Notes: generated by a model not told the origin, from the sequence alone. Shown: positions 30,264-40,627, numbered from the stretch's first letter. The stretch: 64,000 bases of DNA from an uncultured Candidatus Saccharibacteria bacterium (GCA_964478595.1 CAYZIN010000004.1:557-64556), one strand, 5' to 3'. Translations and numbers: made by a program.

Positions 30264-33118
30264 TGAATGTCCTCTTCTCCTGAACCCCAATAACGATAGG
30301 CAATGCACTTATGATACATGCTTTTGTTGGGCTCAAACTTGCGGTCACGAATGTCTGCAGCCGTTTTAATCAGCTTCTCGCGGTGGTTGTGCAGTATCTG
30401 CGGCGAAAGCTTGGCCCGTCCCTCTACGCCCGTTACAACGTAATCTAAAACCACCTCGGCCGGGGCTTGGCCGGTCATTGCCTCAACCGCCAAAGCATAG
30501 GTTCGTAACTGAAAATTATTTTTGGCCTTTTGATTTAACTTCTCGGCGTCACGGAGCCGACCGGTTTTAAAGTCGCGGATTTGAAGACCAGACTCGGTTT
30601 CAAAGGTGGCATCGATGCGGCCTTTGAGCCTAAGCTTGGCTTCGTTTAGCGAAAATCTGATCGACTCCTCCGACGATACTAGCTTGTCTTTGCGAGATTC
30701 CTCGCGCACAAAAAACGACCGCAACGTATCGGCGGCTTTTTGCTTGGCTTGGTCGGCTTCAACACCGGTGCGGTAACCCTGATTGCTCCACCCCTCCTCA
30801 AGCCGAGATTCTAACTGATCCAGACCGATCTTATCCCCGACTTTCCTACTCTGGTAATAATCCTCAAACAGCTTGTGCAGCAGACTGCCGAAATTGACGT
30901 TGGGCCCCATTGGAGAGCTGATCTTTAGAACCTTTTCCAGGTAAAACTCGTAAGGACAGTCTAAATACTTTTGAAGATCGGTAATGTTTAGCTCCAACCA
31001 GCCATCGGCAGACTCGAACGGCAAGCTACCGCTGTGCCACTGCATGGTTGGCGGAGCAAAACGTTCTAGTTGGGCCGCTGCCTCTTCCAGCTTGTTGGTT
31101 AGTTGCAACGGGGCCACTGGCCGTTTGAGTTCCTTAGGACCAAAAATTTCAGGTAAAAATGGGCTTAACTTACGTTCACGGCCCCCACGATCAAGTTGCG
31201 GAACCGACAAAACCAAATTGGTCTTGGCGCGAGTAATGGCGACGTAGAGCAATCGCCGTCTTTCGTGCTCGGGCGGCAATTGTAGATCATTAGACAAAAT
31301 CTCCTCGGGCAGCTCAACCCGATTTGGTACCGCTAAACTTGTCCAGGCTTCCCGAGTGTTGTTCATAAGAAAAACGGTTTCAAACTCCAACCCCTTAGCC
31401 GCGTGGACCGTCAAAAGCGCTACCCCCCTGTCGTCGCCAGCCAGCTCGTGAGCCTCAATCTGCGGGGGTTGCGGAAAGAAGTTTAGATAAGCCGAGAGTG
31501 TCGGCTCGGTCGCAACGGCTTCGTATTCTTGCATTTGGTTTAGAAGCAGTTGTAGGTCCTCAAAGACTCTTAACATCCTAGGCGTGTTGCCGGCTGAGCT
31601 AATCCATTTTTCACTCAGTCCGGTCGTTGTCACCAACCGATACGCTAGTTCGCTAACCCCAACTTCGCCGGCCCAACGCCGCCACTCATCCAGTTGTGCA
31701 CTGACCGACTTTGATCTCTCGGTTTGAATTAAGTTTAAGGCTTCCTCCGTCCCCACTAACTCTTTTCGCATCAATTCGGTGAGTTGCCTAACCTCTTCCG
31801 ACGGCCAGTCAAAAAATGGACCGAGCAGCAGTTGGATTACAGCCTCGTCGTCAACCTGAAAAGCCAGCCATCGCAACAAATGCCACAAATGTAGCATCTC
31901 GCGCGTCTCAAAGATGTTGACGCTACTAACTAGACGATAAGGAATGTTGCGGCGGCGTAAGAAGCGCGATATGGACTGCAGGGGCAAATGGGTAGTCGAC
32001 AATACCCCAATATTCTCGGCTACCTCCCCGTCTTTTAACCGCTCGGAAATAGAATCGGCGATGCCGCTGAATTCTTCCTGGCTCGATGGGTAAGCCTTAA
32101 ATTCCGGGGCATACCCCAATAGCTCGCCCTTAAGCCTTTTATTAACTCCCAGCTTCACCTCTAGCCGCTCTGGGTTATTGTGCTGGATTAACTGGTACGC
32201 TACATCCAGAATTTTCTGGCTCGAGCGATAATTTTGGGTTAAGACCACCGGGCTTTTAAGCTCAAAGTGCTCGGCAAACTGCAGGATATTTTCAATTCGA
32301 GCCCCCCTAAAGCCATATATCGCCTGATCGTCGTCACCAACCGCAAAAATATTGCCGTTTTTAGGCACAAGACAACGTAGCAACAAATCCTGGGCCAAAT
32401 TGGTGTCTTGATATTCATCGACCAGTACGTGCCGGTATTGCTCCCGTAGCTTTTCGGCAACGTTTGGCCTTGCCTGCAAGAGCCTTAGAGGAAGTGTGAT
32501 TTGGTCGTAATGGTCAATTAGACCGTAGCGCTTTTTCAGAGTTTCGTAGAGACGGTAGATTTTGAGCCGGTCACTGGCTTCATCGAGATCAAGGGGATGG
32601 ACTGCAGACGTTTTGAGTTGTTTAACGTAGTTTTCAAACTCTTCGACCGAGGTGTCGTTATTTTGCAAAGCTTCGATGTAGTCAACGCTGCCAGAAATAA
32701 AGTCCAACAGATTTGAATGGGTTGAATAGTAACTCAGTTCAGTCTCCGAGAAATGTTGTCGTAGCAACAACATTTTTGTGTTTTTACTCAGCAATTCAGC
32801 TCGATTTGGCAATCCGGCGTGATGTCCGAACCGAATTAAAACCTGTGAACCAAAAGCATGAAAAGTCATGACGTTTATCTGGTGCGCAGACCAACCCAAC
32901 AGGCTATCAAGCCGGTCTATCATCTCTCCCGCTGCTTTTTCGGTAAAAGTTAAAGCCAGGATTTCGTCGGGCTTAGCCAGTTTATTCTCAATTAGGTACG
33001 CAATCCGCTGACCGATCACTTCGGTTTTACCGGTGCCGGCTCCAGCCACTACAAGCAGCGGCCCTTGGCCGTGTTCCACCGCCCGTTTTTGCGCTGGATT
33101 GAGATTGCTTACCCCCAT
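30260..33118 (-). CDS. UvrD/PcrA-type helicase fused to a C-terminal PD-(D/E)XK nuclease
   Basis: AGAGTGKT, DEYQD, GDDDQAIYGFRGA, TVHAAKGLEF, YVAITRAK; GRID..DFKTG..QLRTY. Confidence 0.93.
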   Translation of the reverse strand: MGVSNLNPAQKRAVEHGQGPLLVVAGAGTGKTEVIGQRIAYLIENKLAKPDEILALTFTEKAAGEMIDRLDSLLGWSAHQINVMTFHAFGSQVLIRFGHHAGLPNRAELLSKNTKMLLLRQHFSETELSYYSTHSNLLDFISGSVDYIEALQNNDTSVEEFENYVKQLKTSAVHPLDLDEASDRLKIYRLYETLKKRYGLIDHYDQITLPLRLLQARPNVAEKLREQYRHVLVDEYQDTNLAQDLLLRCLVPKNGNIFAVGDDDQAIYGFRGARIENILQFAEHFELKSPVVLTQNYRSSQKILDVAYQLIQHNNPERLEVKLGVNKRLKGELLGYAPEFKAYPSSQEEFSGIADSISERLKDGEVAENIGVLSTTHLPLQSISRFLRRRNIPYRLVSSVNIFETREMLHLWHLLRWLAFQVDDEAVIQLLLGPFFDWPSEEVRQLTELMRKELVGTEEALNLIQTERSKSVSAQLDEWRRWAGEVGVSELAYRLVTTTGLSEKWISSAGNTPRMLRVFEDLQLLLNQMQEYEAVATEPTLSAYLNFFPQPPQIEAHELAGDDRGVALLTVHAAKGLEFETVFLMNNTREAWTSLAVPNRVELPEEILSNDLQLPPEHERRRLLYVAITRAKTNLVLSVPQLDRGGRERKLSPFLPEIFGPKELKRPVAPLQLTNKLEEAAAQLERFAPPTMQWHSGSLPFESADGWLELNITDLQKYLDCPYEFYLEKVLKISSPMGPNVNFGSLLHKLFEDYYQSRKVGDKIGLDQLESRLEEGWSNQGYRTGVEADQAKQKAADTLRSFFVREESRKDKLVSSEESIRFSLNEAKLRLKGRIDATFETESGLQIRDFKTGRLRDAEKLNQKAKNNFQLRTYALAVEAMTGQAPAEVVLDYVVTGVEGRAKLSPQILHNHREKLIKTAADIRDRKFEPNKSMYHKCIAYRYWGSGEEDIQ

Positions 33119-33145
33119 CTAGCCTTAGTATAACAAGTTTGCCAG

Positions 33146-35248
33146 ATGGTTTTGCCCGTTAAAAAATGTTATGCTCCCCTCAAGGTGGGTGAGTTAATTA
33201 TCAGAAGTTCAAAACTCTTCCCCGCTAGCCGTCAAGCAAATTCGGCCAGCGTCGCTACTGCATTTATTTTTGAGCCTAACGACAAACAGCAACAGATCGG
33301 CGAACTGTTTGTTGTAATCGAGATTTTAAGCGCTGCCAACAAACCCGAAAAAGTAGCTGATTTGATTATCGAAGCTTTCGGAAAGGCCTTTTACGCTCCA
33401 AAAGATGATGATGAAGAAGATGGCGAAGGTGAAACCGCCGCCCGGTTTGATGTTGCGATAAAAGCCGTTAACCAAGACTTGGCCCACTACACCGGACACG
33501 AAGACGCCACCTGGATCGGTAAAACTAGCGCTATTTTGGCGGTTGCCAAAGAAAACGAGCTCCACATTACCAGCACTGGTTCAGCAGAAGCCTACTTGGC
33601 ACGCAAAGGTCATCTCGCCAAGATTGACGCTACCGACCACGAGCATCGACACCAAACACATAAACCATTCACAAATATTGCTAGCGGTCACCTGGAAAGC
33701 GGCGACCGGCTGCTATTTTCAACGCCTGCATTGCTACGAATTCTGTCTCGTAAAGAAATTACCGATATCCTGTCTGACTCAAATGCAAACGCGGCAGCCG
33801 CCGAAATTGCCGAAAGAATTGAACCCGAAACCGGCTCAGAAAGAGTTGCCGCCATCATCGCGGAGGCTACGACCAGTGAAGCTATTAGCGGCGAACCGTT
33901 ACCCACCGAGTCACCTTCAATTGCTCTGGGTCCGAAAGGGCGGCGGTTTGACTCGATCAAAGCCAAGGCCACTCCGCTGTTGCAAAACGCCAGTACTCAC
34001 GCAAGACCGCTAGCCGGCAAAAGCGCAGAGCTGGCTCAACGGAGTTGGCACTACACTAAATCAAACCTTGGACCCAAAGCTCGTCAGCATGGTCTAAGCT
34101 TTGTCGGTTGGCTACGGAGAAAGCTGCGAAACCCTAAGCAACGAAAGTTCGTTTTCGTTGGAGTGATAGTTGTAGCCTTAGCCCTCTTTTTCATTATTTT
34201 CTCGATGCTAGGATCAGGATCGAAGTCGGCGGAATTTAAAATATATGACCAGGCACTCAGCGAAGCTCAATCCGGACAGCAACTTTGGCTCTCCGGAAAC
34301 AAGACGTCTGCCCAAAGTAAGCTCCAGGCCGCGAGCAGCGATCTGTCTAAACTAGCCAGATACAAACCGGCCAAAAGCTTTGATAAAGCCCTCTCAAAGC
34401 GTAAACACAGTGGCTTTGATCCAGCCTCGGTCGGAGGCTTGAAAAATTTAATCCAAAACCTCCTTGACCAAATTACCGGACTTACTAGGACCAGCGGCAA
34501 ACCAATAGCTACTCTTTCAGGGGTTTCAGATCCAACTTTTCTTGAGGTAATCGCCAAGAATCTAGTGGTTGTCAGCAGCGACAGCTCGCCCTCTATCACT
34601 ACCGTTACAACCGACACCCACAAAGTTTCAACCAAAAGCGTTAAGCAGGTCGGCAAAGTAGTGGCTACGGCCGTCGGAGACGACAGCGTCTACTTACTGA
34701 CCGACAAGCCCGACGTCTGGGCATTTAAGCCTTCTGACGGCTCTCTAACTGAGCTAAGCGCCAGCTGGGTCAACGGCAAAGCCATCGCGACCTACAACGG
34801 CAATATCTACATCTTGCGCGATGATAATTCGCAGGTTATGAAATTCGCCAAAACCGGATCGGACTTTAGCGACCCAACCACCTACCTGGCTTCCGGACAA
34901 GAATCAAACCTTACGGGAATGAACGCTCTGTTCGTTGACGGCTCGGTCATTACCGCCGGCAACGGCATTGACCGCTTTTTCACCGGATCTCTCGCCCAGC
35001 AGGCCAAGAATCTGCCCTCCGACTTTAAGAACATATCCGAGGTCAAAACGTTTTCCAACGGAAATTTGATACTTGCCCTCGATCAAGCCGGCCATTTGGG
35101 AACACTAAACTTTGATGGCGGCAGCATTACTTTCTCGAAACAATTCTTAGTTTCAGGCGAAACGCTGGGGGCTTTCTCCTCCGGCGATGCTACCACAATC
35201 TACGGACTCTCAGGCAATAAAGTCTTTAGCTTTAGCCTGTCACCTTAA
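33146..35248 (+). CDS. Membrane protein: degenerate PP2C-like N-terminus, single TM, beta-rich extracellular C-terminus
   Basis: GSAEAYLAR and LESGDRLLFST resemble PPM/PP2C elements. Start may be GTG 33185. Confidence 0.7.
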   Translation: MVLPVKKCYAPLKVGELIIRSSKLFPASRQANSASVATAFIFEPNDKQQQIGELFVVIEILSAANKPEKVADLIIEAFGKAFYAPKDDDEEDGEGETAARFDVAIKAVNQDLAHYTGHEDATWIGKTSAILAVAKENELHITSTGSAEAYLARKGHLAKIDATDHEHRHQTHKPFTNIASGHLESGDRLLFSTPALLRILSRKEITDILSDSNANAAAAEIAERIEPETGSERVAAIIAEATTSEAISGEPLPTESPSIALGPKGRRFDSIKAKATPLLQNASTHARPLAGKSAELAQRSWHYTKSNLGPKARQHGLSFVGWLRRKLRNPKQRKFVFVGVIVVALALFFIIFSMLGSGSKSAEFKIYDQALSEAQSGQQLWLSGNKTSAQSKLQAASSDLSKLARYKPAKSFDKALSKRKHSGFDPASVGGLKNLIQNLLDQITGLTRTSGKPIATLSGVSDPTFLEVIAKNLVVVSSDSSPSITTVTTDTHKVSTKSVKQVGKVVATAVGDDSVYLLTDKPDVWAFKPSDGSLTELSASWVNGKAIATYNGNIYILRDDNSQVMKFAKTGSDFSDPTTYLASGQESNLTGMNALFVDGSVITAGNGIDRFFTGSLAQQAKNLPSDFKNISEVKTFSNGNLILALDQAGHLGTLNFDGGSITFSKQFLVSGETLGAFSSGDATTIYGLSGNKVFSFSLSP

Positions 35249-35697
35249 TGGCGGGGCACCCAATCCCAGTAGTAACCTGTACCGTTTACTTCGAGGATAA
35301 ATTCCTAGTTATTCGTCGCCACGATGCTGCCAAGAAGTTCGGTGGAACTTGGGGTTTCCCGGGAGGCAAAGTTGAAGTGGATGAAACCATCGCCGGCGCT
35401 ATCAAACGCGAGGTTAAGGAAGAGACCGATCTCGAGCTGGAAGACAAATTCTTTTTGCTTGATTCGTACTTCTACCCGGGGTCACTTGGCATCCACTTCG
35501 CAGTCTTTGCCACCTCAGACAAAGTCACGACCGAACCGGGTGTTGAGTATCAGTGGCTGAGTGATCTACCGGACCTCCAAAAGCTGCCACGCATACCCGG
35601 AATCGACTACCATATCAATCGATTTGAACAGTTAAAAAGCCAACCCCCAATTTCCCTCAGGGAAATCGACTACACACCAGACAAATACATCAACTAA
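35248..35697 (+). CDS. NUDIX hydrolase
   Basis: GGKVEVDETIAGAIKREVKEETDL Nudix box. Confidence 0.92.
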   Translation: MAGHPIPVVTCTVYFEDKFLVIRRHDAAKKFGGTWGFPGGKVEVDETIAGAIKREVKEETDLELEDKFFLLDSYFYPGSLGIHFAVFATSDKVTTEPGVEYQWLSDLPDLQKLPRIPGIDYHINRFEQLKSQPPISLREIDYTPDKYIN

Positions 35698-37266
35698 CTA
35701 CATCTTTTTGAGCGGTTTGATACCTAGAATCGCGAAATAACTTTCGAAAAAAGAACTAATTTGTTGTACAAAATACAACTTTTCGCCCGCCTTTTTATCT
35801 TGTAGGTCTAATATGCGCTCATTTTCGTAGTAGTCGTGAAATAGCTTAGCCAGATCTGAACCGAAGAAAGCTAACGCATGTACTCCGAAATCCTCACAGA
35901 TTGACTCGAGAAGTGCAGGAAACTTAGAGGCCAATCGTACAATTCCCTGCTCTCTCCCGGAGAGGTCTTGAACCCTCGATCCTACCGACAGTTTTTTAGA
36001 TTTAGCTTTCTCAAGAATTGAGTTTGCTCGAACATAGGCGTACATAACGTACCAATACGGGTTTTTCTGGGACTGTTCCTTGGCGAGGTTAAGGTCAAAG
36101 TCCATATGACTGTCGGCTGAGCGCATCAAGAAAAAGAACCGCGCCACATCTGAACCAACCTCCTTAATCAACTCGTTGGTAGTAACGTAAGTCCCCAAAC
36201 GTTTGCCCATCTTCACCTCTTTGCCATCTCGCATCAGCCTGACGAACTGGTAAACCAGAAAGTCTAACCGTCCCTTTAACTTTAACCCCTGCTCTACCAT
36301 CACCTTTAAAGATAGCGTTTGCCCCGAGTGATCGGCTCCAAAGACCTTAACGGCACCATTAAACCCACGTTTTTTGAAAATGTTTTCGTGATAAGCAAGA
36401 TCGGAACCCAAATAACTGATGTCCCCATTGCTCTTTCTTAGGACACGATCTCGGTCATCACCAAATTTAGTGGACAGGGCCCAAACCGCCCTATCCTTTT
36501 TCTCGGCAAACCCAGACTCAAGTAACTCATTCTCAAGTCGATCGTAGTCGCCCTTCTCGATAAGATCTCGCTCGTTAAACCAGTGGTCCATCTTGATATT
36601 CATGTTGCGAATCGCCGGCTCGATGTAGCGCTGCCTGATCGCTAAGGTTAAAGCCTTAGCCGCTTCCATGTCGGATTTTTCTAACTCAACCCTAAATTCT
36701 TTAGCCAACTCATCTAAATAAGCGCCCTTATACTCCTGTTCACCTTCTTTGAGTCCGGCCGAAATTCTGGCGGAATCCACCAACTTCATAATCTGAGTGC
36801 CGGCGTCGTTGAAGTAGTATTCTCGAGTAACTTCGTTACCTTGCGACGCCAGTACGTTCGAAAGAGTATCGCCAATAAATCCCCCTCTAGCGTTGCCGAT
36901 GGTGAGCGGTCCAGTCGGGTTAGCCGAAATAAACTCTACCTGCACTTTTTGGCCTTTTCCCAGGTTAGAGCTGCCGTAAGTCTGATCGATTTTGGCCAGT
37001 TCTTTTATCCAGACATCGCTCTTGAGCACAAAATTTAAATAGGGCCCTTCGGCTTTAACTTCCTCGATTTGCGGACCGGCTAACTTAACGGCCAAAGCTG
37101 ATGCAATCTCAATCGGTTTTTTACCAGTCTGTTTAGCTAATTCGAAAGCCACATTACAGCTAAAATCACCCTTGCCTTCGGGCGCATACTCGATAACCGC
37201 TTCAACGTCGTGGTTAAACTGCCTTTTGGCCTCAGTCCTAACTAAATTTTGCAGTTCGGTTTTCAC
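35698..37266 (-). CDS. argS: Arginine--tRNA ligase
   Basis: VEFISANPTGPLTIGNARG, GADH, KMGKR, YVMYAYVR; probable GTG start at 37266. Confidence 0.97.
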   Translation of the reverse strand: MKTELQNLVRTEAKRQFNHDVEAVIEYAPEGKGDFSCNVAFELAKQTGKKPIEIASALAVKLAGPQIEEVKAEGPYLNFVLKSDVWIKELAKIDQTYGSSNLGKGQKVQVEFISANPTGPLTIGNARGGFIGDTLSNVLASQGNEVTREYYFNDAGTQIMKLVDSARISAGLKEGEQEYKGAYLDELAKEFRVELEKSDMEAAKALTLAIRQRYIEPAIRNMNIKMDHWFNERDLIEKGDYDRLENELLESGFAEKKDRAVWALSTKFGDDRDRVLRKSNGDISYLGSDLAYHENIFKKRGFNGAVKVFGADHSGQTLSLKVMVEQGLKLKGRLDFLVYQFVRLMRDGKEVKMGKRLGTYVTTNELIKEVGSDVARFFFLMRSADSHMDFDLNLAKEQSQKNPYWYVMYAYVRANSILEKAKSKKLSVGSRVQDLSGREQGIVRLASKFPALLESICEDFGVHALAFFGSDLAKLFHDYYENERILDLQDKKAGEKLYFVQQISSFFESYFAILGIKPLKKM

Positions 37267-37297
37267 TCTCCTGATTATACGAGGTAAAATTAGCTGG

Positions 37298-37729
37298 ATG
37301 AAAGTTTTAGCCAAAAACCGCCGTGCCAATTTTGATTACACCATCACTGAAAAGCTGGTGGCGGGCCTTTCCTTATCCGGTGCCGAAGTCAAAAGCATTA
37401 AAGCGGGACATATTAGCCTAAAGGGCGCCTACGTTAACGTTTTAGGCAGCGAGGCTTTTTTAATTGGCTCCCACGTTTCTCCTTACCAAAATGCAGTCAA
37501 CTTCGAGCCGGAACGCTCGCGCAAACTCTTGTTGCACCGCAAACAAATCGACCACCTATTAGACCAACGCAACGCCGGCCTGACGGCTGCACCACTGGCG
37601 GTGATTGAGCAAAAGGGCTTAATTAAACTCGAAGTTGGTATTGGGAGACCCAAAAAACAATTGGACAAGCGAGACAGCCTTAAAACGCGGCAACTCGAAA
37701 GAGAATTGGCTAAAAAATTAAAGCGCTAG
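37298..37729 (+). CDS. smpB: SsrA-binding protein
   Basis: AKNRRANFDY, GAEVKSIK, RKLLLHRKQI, DKR; start at ATG 37298. Confidence 0.96.
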   Translation: MKVLAKNRRANFDYTITEKLVAGLSLSGAEVKSIKAGHISLKGAYVNVLGSEAFLIGSHVSPYQNAVNFEPERSRKLLLHRKQIDHLLDQRNAGLTAAPLAVIEQKGLIKLEVGIGRPKKQLDKRDSLKTRQLERELAKKLKR

Positions 37730-37995
37730 CCGCGGCGATGAAAACCAATAGATAAGTCGTGCCTAAAGGCTGCCGCGATGCGAACGATCGTCGCCAAAGT
37801 CGGGTTGGCGTCACCAGATTCAATCCTGGCAATCTGGGCCTGGGTCGTACCAATTCGCTCAGCCAATTCGCGTTGAGAAATACCGCTAGCAATACGGTGT
37901 CTTTGAATATCGCCACCTAAAATAACCGCTGCCGCCCGTCCCACCTGCTTATGGGTTTGGGGCTTGGGGCGCCGATAACGCCTCACATTATCCAT
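37726..37995 (-). CDS. XRE-family HTH regulator
   Basis: SQRELAERIGTTQAQIARIESG..NPTL. Confidence 0.9.
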   Translation of the reverse strand: MDNVRRYRRPKPQTHKQVGRAAAVILGGDIQRHRIASGISQRELAERIGTTQAQIARIESGDANPTLATIVRIAAAFRHDLSIGFHRRG

Positions 37996-38054
37996 ATATT
38001 AAATTGTATCATAACCCTAAAGCTTAACCTGGAGATATCATAAATGATGTCAGT

Positions 38055-38684
38055 CTAGAGTTCGACGCTGTCGCCGTTTTTGAGGTCGATTACCCGATCC
38101 TTACCGGCTTTTTCGATAAACTCGTCCAGGCTGGGCTTAAAATGGCCTTCGTAATGGATCGGAATGATCTTTTCGGCCTGAATACCATCTGCGAGGTCAA
38201 TCGCGGCTTGTAGCGGGTCTGGAAGGCTGCTACCGATCGGTGCGGCCAAGTTGTCCGCCTTTAGCCCGCTAAGCTTAAGGCCGTCTCCGGGGTGAAACAG
38301 CAGACCATCAATTAAATACCCAGTGTTTTGCGGTAGCTCCACAGGCAGTCCAGTTCCAACCAGCGGAAAGTGTGGTAAATCAAGTGCTTTAACCTTGAAA
38401 CCAGCTACTAAAAACTCCTCGCCATCCTTAACCGTAGTGACCGGAATTTTAATCTTAGATGCCACATCGGCATTGGCATAAATTTCTACGTCGGCTGCTT
38501 TGAGTTGATCGATGATCGACTCATCGAAGTGGTCGGGGTGTGAATGCGTATACAAAACCGCCTCGACTAGACCAAGGTCCTGAAGTTTATACTTTTCGGC
38601 CACTAGGTTACCTGGGTCGATCAGAATGCATTGCCCATTTTTGCAAAGCACCAGGCAGGACTGAGGATATTTTGTTACTTTCAT
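38055..38684 (-). CDS. Metallo-beta-lactamase-fold hydrolase
   Basis: THSHPDH, FHPGD, PIHY. Confidence 0.92.
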   Translation of the reverse strand: MKVTKYPQSCLVLCKNGQCILIDPGNLVAEKYKLQDLGLVEAVLYTHSHPDHFDESIIDQLKAADVEIYANADVASKIKIPVTTVKDGEEFLVAGFKVKALDLPHFPLVGTGLPVELPQNTGYLIDGLLFHPGDGLKLSGLKADNLAAPIGSSLPDPLQAAIDLADGIQAEKIIPIHYEGHFKPSLDEFIEKAGKDRVIDLKNGDSVEL

Positions 38685-38798
38685 AGACTGGAAAGGATTT
38701 TACATTAGTCGGAGGTTAGGAAATTTGTGTGATCATAAAAAGTTTAGTCAAAAAATTAACGAATTTTTGGAATTTACAAAAAAACAGAAAAAAAAGTG

Positions 38799-38920
38799 TT
38801 GACAGTGGTTATGCTAATGCCTTAAATTCGTCTTAGGTACCTGTACAAAAAAAGTATTCAAAACAAAAACTCAACAACTTCCACAGAAAAAACGGCTTTC
38901 CCAAGCCGTTTTTTCTTTAC
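38799..38920 (+). promoter_or_regulatory. Sigma70-like promoter and leader hairpin upstream of the three-repeat paralogue
   Basis: TTGACA-N18-TAAATT; AGAAAAAACGGCTT-TCCC-AAGCCGTTTTTTCT hairpin at ~38885-38916. Confidence 0.55.
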
Positions 38921-39055
38921 CTGTTTTTCCGTCTAAAAAAGCTTCGGAAAATTCCAAAATTTTTCTGCAACCAAATGCCTTTTTTGAAAGTTCTTCTAAT
39001 TCTAGTTAAACCGCTTCGATTTATACTTAAATTCAATTAAACATGTGGAGGGTAA

Positions 39056-39886
39056 ATGAGGCGACTTTTACTTCGCTACGCCATTCCGGCAGTAGCAGCC
39101 TTAGGATTAAGCGGCACGATGCTGGCCGCGAGTACAATAACAATAACGAACACTGGATCGGGGTCTAACAACAGCGCCAGTGTCAGCAATAACAGCACAC
39201 TGACCCTAGTTAATACGCCCAACGGGGTTGTGATTAACACGAATAACCAAGGCGCTACCTCGGGCACAGCCAACGTCAGCGGTAACACCAACGGCGGGAG
39301 TGCAGTTTCGGGAGGTGCGAACAATAACAATAATGGCTCAACGGTCGTAACCTTTGGTAGTGGCTTTACGATTGCCGGCGGTGGCGGCGGATCAAACAGT
39401 GCCACTATCTCAACCACCGGGCCGGGTTCGAATAACCAAATTACTATCAGCGGTAACAGCACGGCCACGATCATTAATGCGCCAAATGTTAACGTCACCA
39501 ACTCCAATAGCCAAAACGCTTCTTCTGGTTCGGCTAACGTTAGTAACAACACCAACGGTGGAAGCGCAGTTAGTGGATCGGCCGGGAATACTAACTCAAG
39601 TAGCACTACTGTTAGTGCCAGTGCGCCAACGATCACTTTGCCTGGCGGTGGCGGATCAAATAGCGCGACTATCGCAACCACCGGGCCGGGTTCGAATAAC
39701 CAGGTTTCGATTAGCGCTAACCAGAACCTGACCGTGACTAACGTCCCGACAGCAAACGTTACCAATACCAACACTCAAACCGCCAATTCCGGCACAGCCA
39801 ATGTTTCCGGTAATACCAACGCTGGCAGCGCCGTCTCTGGAAGCGCCAATAACTCAAACAGCACAAGCACCAGTATCTCAATCTAA
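39056..39886 (+). CDS. Secreted three-repeat Asn/Ser/Thr/Gly-rich protein, paralogue of 5158-5736
   Basis: Signal peptide sharing LLRY with the paralogue; three units at an 88-aa period; GGAGG RBS. Confidence 0.9.
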   Translation: MRRLLLRYAIPAVAALGLSGTMLAASTITITNTGSGSNNSASVSNNSTLTLVNTPNGVVINTNNQGATSGTANVSGNTNGGSAVSGGANNNNNGSTVVTFGSGFTIAGGGGGSNSATISTTGPGSNNQITISGNSTATIINAPNVNVTNSNSQNASSGSANVSNNTNGGSAVSGSAGNTNSSSTTVSASAPTITLPGGGGSNSATIATTGPGSNNQVSISANQNLTVTNVPTANVTNTNTQTANSGTANVSGNTNAGSAVSGSANNSNSTSTSISI

Positions 39887-39907
39887 AAAGCCAGCCTAAA
39901 AACTTTT

Positions 39908-39933
39908 AGGGCCGCCCCGCTTGGGGCGACCCT
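39908..39933. terminator. Hairpin copy 1 of the cassette module
   Basis: AGGGCCGCCCCGCTTGGGGCGACCCT, identical to the copies at ~40669 and ~41269. Confidence 0.8.
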
Positions 39934-39944
39934 GGTTGGTTCGT

Positions 39945-40616
39945 CTATCGAACGCAGTTGGGCTCAAGTTCGTCGATCACTTTGCGAGCTTCGTTGATCT
40001 TGGTTAAATCTTCCCCGGCCGCTACGAGAAAATCATAGTGATCCTTGAGACATTCCTGAACGACCCAAATGACCGGCGGAGCCAGGGGCATTAACTCCTC
40101 TGCCAGCTCGTCGCAATCCTCATGCTCACGAGCCGTCTCGACTAGCTCATCGATCTCCTTGCCGAAGTCCTTCAACTCGAGCCCAAGCTTTGGGTCGATC
40201 CCGTTGAGTGCTTTGGCGAAATCGTTGATGTCGCTGAGCGTCTCGAGTTCGTCGAGGAAATCCGACCGATCAAGCAGCCTCTGACCATACTCTCCGAGAT
40301 CCGCTTCGTTGTCGTGCTGAGATATCTCGAAAAAAGCTTCCACGACAGGACTTAGGGCATCGCTAATCTCGATGATCCCAGTTAACTCGCGACCGAGCTC
40401 GGCGATTTGCTGATCGCTATGGATCGACATCCGCTTGGCCAACTCGGAGAGTCGAGCCTTGAGTTTCTCGGCCGGGCTGGCTTCGGGCTCGTCGTTGAAG
40501 ACGAACATTGAGCCGATAACAATCAGGCCCATGAGGTCCTGAGCGACCTTTTGCATAGTCGAATCCTTCGACTGCTGCAAAGCAGTCTGCAGTTTCACTA
40601 GACTTTGCAATTCCAC
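39945..40616 (-). CDS. Acidic helical hypothetical protein
   Basis: GTG start after GGAG in the repeated module; resembles 41311-41958. Confidence 0.75.
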   Translation of the reverse strand: MELQSLVKLQTALQQSKDSTMQKVAQDLMGLIVIGSMFVFNDEPEASPAEKLKARLSELAKRMSIHSDQQIAELGRELTGIIEISDALSPVVEAFFEISQHDNEADLGEYGQRLLDRSDFLDELETLSDINDFAKALNGIDPKLGLELKDFGKEIDELVETAREHEDCDELAEELMPLAPPVIWVVQECLKDHYDFLVAAGEDLTKINEARKVIDELEPNCVR

Positions 40617-40627
40617 AGGGAACTCCC

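Noticed and set aside
37726-37995. Toxin-antitoxin module
   Set aside because: XRE gene has no adjacent toxin-like ORF.
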